In this document: piece after piece, positions 1 through 7,389 of the stretch | How the letters are laid out: each line of letters starts with the position of its first letter | How positions within the stretch are numbered: the stretch's first letter is position 1 | Source of the DNA: a virus | Taxonomy: Duplodnaviria; Caudoviricetes | IMG/VR virus record: IMGVR_UViG_3300020578_003394 | Location: 1-24,806 of that record | Strand: one strand, 5' to 3' | Length of the DNA: 24,806 nt | Notes under the pieces: model-generated | The model's input: the letters and a program-made list of their open reading frames with translations, nothing else | What the model was told of the DNA's origin: nothing | Databases searched by the model: none | Translations under genes and position numbers: made by a program

Positions 1-56
1 CCTTTACCGCTATCACCATAAGCTAAATCAACAATAACATCTGCGTACTCAATCAT
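1..56 (-). CDS. purA: Adenylosuccinate synthetase (PurA family), 5' end only; runs off the left edge
   Basis: Manual translation of the reverse strand from ATG at 56 gives MIEYADVIVDLAYGDSGK(G), matching the PurA N-terminal P-loop (..Q[WY]GDEGKG). A GAGG RBS lies just upstream. Not in the ORF track because it is truncated. Confidence 0.8.
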   Translation of the reverse strand, partial: MIEYADVIVDLAYGDSGK

Positions 57-86
57 TTGTTCCTCGTTGGCTGAACAACGTAACTG

Positions 87-114
87 ATAGTACCACAGGT
101 TCTTCTACTGTTAA
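87..114 (-). promoter_or_regulatory. Candidate sigma70-type promoter for purA
   Basis: Minus strand reads TTAACA-N16-TACTAT with an extended -10 TG (TGgTACTAT) in the intergenic gap. Confidence 0.4.
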
Positions 115-124
115 TAAGTTTATA

Positions 125-412
125 TTATTTTTTTCTAATAAGGTATTGTTTATCTTTAGGTATTAGATGAGGATACTTATCAGCAAAAACGTAAGTTAGT
201 TTTCCAAGCAGTCTATTGGGGTTAGTCATGGTAAAAAGAAAATTAGCAATTTGTTCTGGAGGCATATCAAATGTTAAAGTAGTAGTTTCTTCATTTTGTG
301 AACTGGCGTCTTCTTGACCAACTTCATATGGTAAACTCGCAGGTGTGAAATTGCCACCTTCTTTTAAAGATTCTTTAATTAATTCACGAATATAATCTTT
401 TGTAATTTTCAT
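125..412 (-). CDS. Hypothetical protein with N-terminal MKITK..IKE leader (putative virion/internal protein)
   Basis: 95 aa, AAGGA RBS, N-terminus MKITKDYIRELIKESLKE shared with other ORFs in the window, ACTATTTAT motif upstream. Confidence 0.75.
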   Translation of the reverse strand: MKITKDYIRELIKESLKEGGNFTPASLPYEVGQEDASSQNEETTTLTFDMPPEQIANFLFTMTNPNRLLGKLTYVFADKYPHLIPKDKQYLIRKK

Positions 413-443
413 ATGTTTTTCCTTTTATGTTTGAAAAACTATA

Positions 444-452
444 ATAAATAGT
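444..452 (-). promoter_or_regulatory. ACTATTTAT motif (putative late promoter)
   Basis: Exact copy of the recurring intergenic 9-mer, about 30 nt upstream of the ATG at 412. Confidence 0.6.
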
Positions 453-476
453 ATTTTTTTTGCTAGTAAGACAAAA

Positions 477-1169
477 TTATATTAAATCACCAGCATCTAT
501 TTTGATTTGGTCATCGCGCAAACAAAGCTCACGATATATTTCAACATCCGTTGACCATTGATAACCAACCCACCATTCAAAGCCGGGATAATTGCTTTTA
601 TAAATGGAACAACTTTCATACCCAGAAGATAAATAAATATATTTACAACGCTTGAAGCGAGCAAAAAGAGAATTGTAATATATATTGACATGACCCAGAG
701 AAAGTTTTGGTTCGCCATAATCCCACGCAAATTCTATACCAAGGTAAGCATCTTCAACAACTTTGTGAAACGCAAATGCAACGATTTCATTATTGTATAC
801 GTAGTAGATATGCCCGTGACTATTAGAGATGATATCATCAATTGACATATCATCACTATAGCCTTTATGTGCGATATACCTGTCATATATTCTTGCCAAC
901 CTTTCACGCTTGGCGGGTGTCATATTTACATCAGGAAAGTATTTTACTTTCTTTGCTAAACGTAATACTGTTTTGGTTGGCTTATATAATTCAAGGTTAA
1001 TACGTGTGCTACGAGTTTGAAACCATATATCATTTGTAGCAGGATACCAACCTTGTTCTAGATATTCTTTATATTCATGCGGTTGTAGCATGACCGCAAA
1101 AGGTACATAAATCATATTTTGGTTTCGCATTTTTCCGAAACCATATGCATGATTAAAAAGGAATTTCAT
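477..1169 (-). CDS. Aminoacyl-tRNA-protein transferase, ATE1/Bpt-like (GNAT fold)
   Basis: Motifs YLEQGW, STRINLELYKP, YYYNNEIVAF, WDYGEPKLSLG and YIYLSSGYESCSIYKSNYPGFE follow the ATE_N/ATE_C pattern (L..GW..R; YDP....SLG; YLGY....C.KM.YK..Y.P.E). Confidence 0.75.
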   Translation of the reverse strand: MKFLFNHAYGFGKMRNQNMIYVPFAVMLQPHEYKEYLEQGWYPATNDIWFQTRSTRINLELYKPTKTVLRLAKKVKYFPDVNMTPAKRERLARIYDRYIAHKGYSDDMSIDDIISNSHGHIYYVYNNEIVAFAFHKVVEDAYLGIEFAWDYGEPKLSLGHVNIYYNSLFARFKRCKYIYLSSGYESCSIYKSNYPGFEWWVGYQWSTDVEIYRELCLRDDQIKIDAGDLI

Positions 1170-1179
1170 TATATACTAA

Positions 1180-1458
1180 TTATTCTTCGTCTGGAATATC
1201 GTATCCTTCATCGTAATTTTCTTCGTCTTCGTAATAATCATCCATGCCATAATCGTAATTGTCATCAAGCGTTTTACGAGCATTTTTCTGTGCATTTGAC
1301 CAATAGTAATCTTCTTCCTCGACTTCAGAAATAAGATTCTCTACTACCTCTTGGTGGTCTTCATCGAGTAAGTCCAAATCAACAAATTCTTCCAGCTTAT
1401 CTCTAGCCTCATCAGCGGTAAATTTGCCTCTTTGTAAACCCTTACAGATCATGCACAT
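1180..1458 (-). CDS. Hypothetical protein, N-terminal CxxC, very acidic Tyr-rich C-terminus
   Basis: 92 aa, AAGGAG RBS, MCMICK start, D/E/Y-rich tail. Confidence 0.7.
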   Translation of the reverse strand: MCMICKGLQRGKFTADEARDKLEEFVDLDLLDEDHQEVVENLISEVEEEDYYWSNAQKNARKTLDDNYDYGMDDYYEDEENYDEGYDIPDEE

Positions 1459-1483
1459 AGATACAATCTCCTTAGAAATAATT

Positions 1484-1492
1484 ATAAGTAGT
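1484..1492 (-). promoter_or_regulatory. ACTACTTAT variant of the putative late-promoter motif
   Basis: One mismatch to ACTATTTAT; intergenic, 25 nt upstream of the ATG at 1458. Confidence 0.4.
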
Positions 1493-1508
1493 AAGTAAAA
1501 ACCGCTTT

Positions 1509-1537
1509 ATACTATCTTCTGTCTGCCTGCTTGTAAA
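1509..1537 (-). promoter_or_regulatory. Candidate sigma70-type promoter
   Basis: Minus strand TTTACA-N17-TAGTAT, upstream of 1180..1458 and the ATE-like gene. Confidence 0.5.
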
Positions 1538-1547
1538 GAACTAAGTT

Positions 1548-2144
1548 TTACTTTTTAATTCTTACAACTATTTTATTTTTTGGAGCTTTAGAGTATGATT
1601 CATCCACTATATTTATTTTAAACTTATATGGACCGTTACCATATTCTTTTTGGTATTTTCTAGCTAAATCTTCCTTATCTTCCCACATCTCAATCTCTTT
1701 TAAGTTTGGGAGTGATTTAACTATTTCATTAATTCTGGCGATCTTGAAATCTTCGGATTCTAATCCGGCATCATTTAAGCCAACTTCATCAAATACGAGT
1801 TTTCTTTGTAAAAGTAATTCGTTAATGCGTTCCTCTAAATATCTATCACTTCTTCCTGTTAACATTATTGTATAACAGGATGGATCTTTAGTTTTCGCCT
1901 CTGCTGCCTGTACTGTTTTATTATACCACCACTCTCGTCCGGGGCTTGAAGGAGTATTAGGAACGTCTAGACTTTTGCGATGTAGCCACCAACTGTTTCC
2001 CTCGTCTTCCGGCTTTTGAGGGCTTTTAAAAAGGGTACCGTCAAAATCAAATACACATAGAGAAGTTATATTTTGTTTATCTTTATTGTCTCTTATCTTT
2101 CTTTCACTTAAGAAAAATTTCCAGATATGAAAATATCTTTTCAT
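1548..2144 (-). CDS. HAD-superfamily phosphatase, 'Swiss Army Knife' RNA-repair-like HAD domain
   Basis: Motif I VFDFDGTLF, WW-containing insert, motif II MLTGR, motif III FK, motif IV WEDK. Confidence 0.75.
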   Translation of the reverse strand: MKRYFHIWKFFLSERKIRDNKDKQNITSLCVFDFDGTLFKSPQKPEDEGNSWWLHRKSLDVPNTPSSPGREWWYNKTVQAAEAKTKDPSCYTIMLTGRSDRYLEERINELLLQRKLVFDEVGLNDAGLESEDFKIARINEIVKSLPNLKEIEMWEDKEDLARKYQKEYGNGPYKFKINIVDESYSKAPKNKIVVRIKK

Positions 2145-2146
2145 CT

Positions 2147-2473
2147 CTATTCACCAACTGATGTTCCGCGCATTTTTTCATATTGTAAATAATGTCCGAC
2201 GCTCTCCATCATTGAAGCTGCAACAGCAATCTTTTCTTGTACCCAAGGTTCAAGATTTTCATTATCTTGTATTAATCCTTGCAGCATTGTAGCATACTCG
2301 GCTGTTTTATACAAATTAGCTTTTGCCATTCTGCCTTCATAGCCATCAGGATCAGCGACGAAATTAGATACTTTGGCTTGTCGCATTGGAGGTAAAGCAG
2401 CAGGATAAGGAGCACCCATATCTGCCATACACTCTTTAATAATTTGTCTTAAAAAATCCTTGGAGATTTTCAT
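2147..2473 (-). CDS. Conserved phage hypothetical (EGRMAK..L / WVQEKI..A motif) with MKISK..IIKE leader
   Basis: 108 aa; leader MKISKDFLRQIIKE. The helical C-terminal domain resembles one I recall from large T4-like phages. Confidence 0.7.
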   Translation of the reverse strand: MKISKDFLRQIIKECMADMGAPYPAALPPMRQAKVSNFVADPDGYEGRMAKANLYKTAEYATMLQGLIQDNENLEPWVQEKIAVAASMMESVGHYLQYEKMRGTSVGE

Positions 2474-2476
2474 ATA

Positions 2477-2728
2477 TTATTTCTGCTCATTAGCATTAAT
2501 AATTGCAGCATAAGCTGCAACTACTTCTGGTGTCCACACTACGTTAGCTACATCTGTCACTCGTTGCTCTTGGCCTGTTAAATCTTGACCGGGAGTTAGC
2601 GTCCAGCGATGGTAACTTTTAGCAATTTCCACCCCGTCGCGCTCTACTATATCCGCACGACGAATTTGAATAATACCATTTTCTAGTACCTCTATCTTAT
2701 CAATTGTACTACGTTCTGTTAAAGCCAT
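2477..2728 (-). CDS. Small tail-fibre-associated protein (putative chaperone/assembly partner)
   Basis: The pattern IDKIEV...IQIR....DGVEI..YHR...W typically follows DDYEEGTW-type fibre genes; it lies directly downstream of such a fibre. Confidence 0.65.
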   Translation of the reverse strand: MALTERSTIDKIEVLENGIIQIRRADIVERDGVEIAKSYHRWTLTPGQDLTGQEQRVTDVANVVWTPEVVAAYAAIINANEQK

Positions 2729-2747
2729 TTTATTTCCCCTTTCCTTT

Positions 2748-4823
2748 CTAAGAAACGTTATAATTTATATTAAACATTATTGTAGCATTGTTTGTTAAAT
2801 CTGTTACATTCATTGTTTGCGCTGTGCTAACAGTATTTTTAACTAGAACGACAACACTACTACCAAGTGCGCCGTAGCCCATTGGAGCAAGAACTGTAGC
2901 ACTCAAGTTAGCGTGATAGCCAACATTTAGAGAATAATAATTTATAGTTCCTGCCGGGAGTGCAAAAGGCAAGTTACTAATATATATTTGTCCAGCGCTG
3001 CTACCTGTACTGGTTATTTTTATTTGACCATTTAAGGAAACATTTTCTCCTATCTTACAGTAACTACCACTTGTGTCGGCTGTGTTATAAGTGAAATTAG
3101 TGGTGGTAGCACCGGAAAGAGCTGGTATCCATGTTCCTTCTTCATAATCGTCTAAAGTATTTGCATCGCCAGAGGCGTTTTGTGAAGCGGGAAATTTAAT
3201 TTGTCCTGTCTTAACATCAAATGTTCCGTTGCTGTCAACCTGTAATCTTAAATTACCAGCACCGTCACCAATATAAATATTGTTATCGGCATTATTAGCG
3301 CCTGTTACACTACCTATGACAACGTTGTTAGAGCCGGTTAAAATAGAGCTGCCAGCGTAGTTTCCTATAGTTACATTACCGCTGCCCGTAAGAAGATTGC
3401 CAAGAGATCTATAACCTATAGAAGTGTTTAACGAACCAGATCTAAGACCACCAAGAACCGAAGTACCGATGCCGCTATTTTGAGAACCTGTTGTTAAATA
3501 CAATAAACTATAATAACCAATACCTAAGTTTTCATCACCTCCGATTATTGCTCCTAAAGAATTATATCCAATAGCAGTATTGTAGCTGCCAGTTATATTA
3601 GACGCAGCATTAAGTCCGGGGGACATGGCTCTGCTGCCAATAGCAATGTTATATGATGCGTTAGTGAAGCCATTGTAAGTATCGACACCAATTCCAATAT
3701 TTTCGGATCCGCTTACTAAGCCTCCCATGGAGTTTAAACCAAGAGCAAAGTTACCTCCAGCAGTGTCTTTATGTACTCTTAACGCACTGTGGCCAATACC
3801 AAGATTATTTGCTGAATTTATTTCTCTACCAGATAAATTACCAATAAATAAGTTGTATTCTTTTTGAGCAAAGTAGCCCGATTCATATCCAATAAAAAAA
3901 TTATTAGTTTCGGTTATAGTAGAATAGCCAGCTCTTGTACCTATACCTATATTTACTCCAGCGTTGTTATTATATAAAGCATTTAACCCTAATGCTATGC
4001 TGTGCGCTCCTCCTATATTAGAATATAAAGAATTATAACCTATTGCTACATTAGAAGTACCGTTTGTGTTGCTTCTTAAAGCATATGGTCCGACAGCTAT
4101 ATTATAATTACTGACGGCGTTTGTTGAATTTAGAGCTTCAACGCCTATTCCGATATCTGTAGCTGTTCTATTTTTTCCACTACCAATTGTTATTCCATTA
4201 TCAACCAATATCTTACCACTAGAAGTCATTTGTGTGGTATTAAGAGTTGTATAACTTAAATTAGTGCCGCTAATGTCAGTGCCACTAACAGTTGTAAATA
4301 ACGCAGTCGAACCTGTTGTAGTTGTACCAGATAATACTGTAAAATTACCAGTTGTGCTAGTTAATAAAGTTAAACCAGTCGTAATACTGGAGGTTAAAGC
4401 CAAGCTTCTGGTACTGCCAACGTTTGATGCAGTTAAGTTAGTGCCCGCATTAATTACGCTAATTGTATTAAGAGTGCCTATCAAAGCACCACTGATAGCA
4501 GAACCAGTAATAATAGTAAATTGTGCTGTAGTCCCTGAAACACTTGAACCAGTAATTGTTGGAAATAACCCTAGAGCACCAGAAAGACCAACGCTTGCCG
4601 TTAAACTACCAGTTATAACTTGACTTGCTTTAAAATAATTTGTGCTACCCGTTAAAGCAAAAGCAGAACTATCAAGGCCATCTAATAAATTAGCGTCTTG
4701 CCCATAAGAAGCTGTACCAGATAAACTACCAGTAAAACCTCCAGATGAACTTACGGAACCAGAGAAGCTTGAACTCCCTGTTACTTGTAGCCCGTTTTCT
4801 AATGTAAATCTTGAGATGGACAT
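2748..4823 (-). CDS. Tail fibre/adhesin-like protein with S/T/G-rich shaft, N(I/T)AIG beta-roll repeats and a DDYEEGTW C-terminal domain
   Basis: 691 aa; TGS-rich N-third, many ~14-aa NxAIG..[AS]L repeats (YadA-head-like), C-terminal ANTLDDYEEGTW motif. Confidence 0.75.
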   Translation of the reverse strand: MSISRFTLENGLQVTGSSSFSGSVSSSGGFTGSLSGTASYGQDANLLDGLDSSAFALTGSTNYFKASQVITGSLTASVGLSGALGLFPTITGSSVSGTTAQFTIITGSAISGALIGTLNTISVINAGTNLTASNVGSTRSLALTSSITTGLTLLTSTTGNFTVLSGTTTTGSTALFTTVSGTDISGTNLSYTTLNTTQMTSSGKILVDNGITIGSGKNRTATDIGIGVEALNSTNAVSNYNIAVGPYALRSNTNGTSNVAIGYNSLYSNIGGAHSIALGLNALYNNNAGVNIGIGTRAGYSTITETNNFFIGYESGYFAQKEYNLFIGNLSGREINSANNLGIGHSALRVHKDTAGGNFALGLNSMGGLVSGSENIGIGVDTYNGFTNASYNIAIGSRAMSPGLNAASNITGSYNTAIGYNSLGAIIGGDENLGIGYYSLLYLTTGSQNSGIGTSVLGGLRSGSLNTSIGYRSLGNLLTGSGNVTIGNYAGSSILTGSNNVVIGSVTGANNADNNIYIGDGAGNLRLQVDSNGTFDVKTGQIKFPASQNASGDANTLDDYEEGTWIPALSGATTTNFTYNTADTSGSYCKIGENVSLNGQIKITSTGSSAGQIYISNLPFALPAGTINYYSLNVGYHANLSATVLAPMGYGALGSSVVVLVKNTVSTAQTMNVTDLTNNATIMFNINYNVS

Positions 4824-4845
4824 GATATGTTCCTATAATACTATA

Positions 4846-6291
4846 CTATCTTGTAAGGTAATCTTTGATCCATTTAACTTCTACTGTTTGAGCAGAATCA
4901 TTAATTACTTTAACATCAACGTTTGCACCGTTTATTACAACTTCATATCTCATTATTGGACCTGTTCCGGTATATGTTGAAGCATATGGAGTTGCTACTG
5001 CGTATGTACCGTCTGTGGCGACTAATAATTCTACCATGTGACAGTAATTAGTACCTGCTTGTTCTTTAGCTTTTATTACATACTTAGCGCCGCCTATACC
5101 ACCAACGCCCCAAGGGAATGTATCTATTGTTCCTGTTTGCAAGGTGTTAATAGATAATAGGGCCGAAGGGGCTTCATATCTATAGTTTGGTGCTATGCTA
5201 TTAACAAGTATAGTTGAAGCTGACATAGCAGATGCAGAAACAGTTGTCGCTGTTACAAGTGAGCCTGTGACCGTAGAGCCAGTAACAATATTAAACTGTG
5301 CTGTTGTGCCAGAAAGAGTGTTATTAAAATAAGAAGCACCAGTCACATAAAGATTAGAGCTTGTTAGGTATATATCAGAAGCTGCAGTTAGAAATACGTT
5401 TGTACCATAAACGGTTGTATTTACACCGTTGATTGTAGTTATTAATGTAGATGCATTACCAACTGTTACACTATTAGCTGCTACTAAAGAAGAACTACCA
5501 GCAGACAAAGAACCAACATTAATAGTTGGTGCAGACATAGAGGCTGTCAAACTGCCACTTACGGTTGTCAAACCAGTGCCAGTAATACTAACTGAACCGT
5601 TAGTTGAATTAACAAGCGCATTAGCTCCTGCTATTCTTGTTAACGCCGAGACACCAGCAAGCTTTAATGTTTTAGTGGCAGCAAGATTTACATCTACGTT
5701 TGAAGTCCAAGCTGTATTGGAATTATCATAACGCCATTGCACCTCTGCGCCAGTACCTAAATCAATACCGCCCCCATCTAACACCGATAATGTGGAGCTA
5801 CCAGTGCCAAGATTAATGTTTTTGTCGCCAATATTTACTGTTGTTGAATCAATATATGTGGTTGTGCCTTTAACAGTTAAATTACCATTAACAGTTAAAT
5901 CACCAGACAAAGAAGCGCTGCGAGCGCTAATATCATTAGTCACGTTTAACGCGCTGGCACTTACGGCTACGGCACTAGCGTTTAGTGTTCCAGCAGTAAT
6001 ATTAAAACCATTACTTGCTGTTAATTGTCCATTCACAGTAACAATATCTGTACCTACTCCATCGCCTAATATAGTATTACCGCTAACTATTAAATTATTT
6101 GATAATGTTAAATTTGGTACACTTAATGCACCAGCATTTAAAGTACCAAAGTTACCAACGGTTCCAGATACACCTACACTAGCAGTTAGTGTTGTTACGT
6201 TTACTAATTCAGATACATCAAGAGTGCCAGTTAAAGTTGTGCTACCGCTTACATCTAATCCTGTTGGTAATTTAAAATTTGATATTGCCAT
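4846..6291 (-). CDS. Tail fibre-like virion structural protein
   Basis: 481 aa, beta-rich; GDLTVNGNLTVKGTTTYIDSTTVNIGDKNINL motif common in large-phage fibres; C-terminal AKY..(H)..E/D.L beta domain. Confidence 0.7.
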   Translation of the reverse strand: MAISNFKLPTGLDVSGSTTLTGTLDVSELVNVTTLTASVGVSGTVGNFGTLNAGALSVPNLTLSNNLIVSGNTILGDGVGTDIVTVNGQLTASNGFNITAGTLNASAVAVSASALNVTNDISARSASLSGDLTVNGNLTVKGTTTYIDSTTVNIGDKNINLGTGSSTLSVLDGGGIDLGTGAEVQWRYDNSNTAWTSNVDVNLAATKTLKLAGVSALTRIAGANALVNSTNGSVSITGTGLTTVSGSLTASMSAPTINVGSLSAGSSSLVAANSVTVGNASTLITTINGVNTTVYGTNVFLTAASDIYLTSSNLYVTGASYFNNTLSGTTAQFNIVTGSTVTGSLVTATTVSASAMSASTILVNSIAPNYRYEAPSALLSINTLQTGTIDTFPWGVGGIGGAKYVIKAKEQAGTNYCHMVELLVATDGTYAVATPYASTYTGTGPIMRYEVVINGANVDVKVINDSAQTVEVKWIKDYLTR

Positions 6292-6316
6292 CTACATTTT
6301 TTCCTTGCGCAAAGCG

Positions 6317-6745
6317 CTATACAAGATAAGTCTTTGTGATTGTTACTACTAAATCTTCATCAATTAAATTTGTTGCCAAAACTTCTATATTGCTACCATT
6401 AATTTGTGCGTCAAAAGAAGCCAAAATAGAACCATTGGTACTTGTTACGCCATATGGAGTAATTAGTACTGATGAATTGTTGTGAGCTAATAAAATGTCA
6501 GCTGTTTGAACGTGGTATGGACCAGTACTTGTTTCAACCAAAACAGTATATTTTGCTGCATTGTAAGAAGCAGAAAAAATATCTACTGTAGTTATATCTA
6601 AAACATATATAGGATATTTTGCATTGCCATTAACTAATGAACCAGTTAAAACTATATTACCATTTATTGTTTGATTGCCAGTAAAACTGTTTGAACCGTT
6701 AGTTGCAAAATTGCTAGTATTTATGCTAGGATATATAATCGCCAT
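6317..6745 (-). CDS. Short virion structural protein, paralogous to the C-terminal domain of 4846..6291
   Basis: FATNGSNSFTGNQTING fibre motif followed by VDIF..AAKYTVLV...HVQTADILL...TPYG, which aligns with the neighbour's C-terminus. Confidence 0.7.
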   Translation of the reverse strand: MAIIYPSINTSNFATNGSNSFTGNQTINGNIVLTGSLVNGNAKYPIYVLDITTVDIFSASYNAAKYTVLVETSTGPYHVQTADILLAHNNSSVLITPYGVTSTNGSILASFDAQINGSNIEVLATNLIDEDLVVTITKTYLV

Positions 6746-6758
6746 TGTTGTACCTTTC

Positions 6759-7388
6759 TTATTCCATTGGTCCTATAGCTTCACCGGGAGCAGCAGTTAT
6801 GCCACCAAGTTTCTTAGCGGCCTTTCTATAATAACCACCAACTGTTTCGCCCTTTTTGTGTGGTGGATATGGTTTTGATAAGCTTTTATTTGCTTTATTA
6901 GGTGTGCCGGGACCAAACTTTTTAACATTAAGCTTGTTTTTTCTTTGCCTATTCTTTTTTAATTTTTCTAATAAATCATGTATTACGCCACTTATTTCTT
7001 CATTAGTTTGTAATTCTTTTTCGAATAAACGTTGTACTGAATCGTTAATAAAAGTTGATTTAGCTTGTTCTTGCAGAGCCCAATTATAGTCTGTTTTGTT
7101 AACCCATGAGCGCCCTGCATTATGCGCTCTGCGTTTTGCTCTTGAGCGCCAATATTCACTTAGCTTTCTGCTAGCTTTCTTTTTTACTTCTTTTGAATAG
7201 TTTTTGTCATCAAGTATAAATTCATCTTTTGCTACTTCTTTTGCTTGTTCAGAATCCAAACCATGATCGCCTATTTCTTTATCGATAGCCAAATCAAGTA
7301 ATTCTGGATCCAATTCACTATCTGGTCTAAAATCTCCAGCGCCACCAATCATTTTTTCACTTGATTTTTTAATTTTAATTTTAATCAT
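6759..7388 (-). CDS. Hypothetical protein with MIKIKIKK N-terminus and basic C-terminal half
   Basis: 209 aa, translationally coupled to the upstream stop; acidic N-part (ELDPELLDLAIDKE..H..AKEVAKD), Lys/Arg-rich C-part. Confidence 0.7.
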   Translation of the reverse strand: MIKIKIKKSSEKMIGGAGDFRPDSELDPELLDLAIDKEIGDHGLDSEQAKEVAKDEFILDDKNYSKEVKKKASRKLSEYWRSRAKRRAHNAGRSWVNKTDYNWALQEQAKSTFINDSVQRLFEKELQTNEEISGVIHDLLEKLKKNRQRKNKLNVKKFGPGTPNKANKSLSKPYPPHKKGETVGGYYRKAAKKLGGITAAPGEAIGPME

Positions 7389-7389
7389 T

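Noticed and set aside
1-56. PurZ (2-aminoadenine, Z-genome) synthase
   Set aside because: The P-loop reads GDSGKG, retaining the PurA catalytic Asp; PurZ has Ser there (GS.GKG). Only 18 codons are visible, so the full gene should still be checked.
497-730. Alternative-frame minus ORF of 77 aa
   Set aside because: Fully nested in the ATE-like gene with no recognisable motif or RBS.
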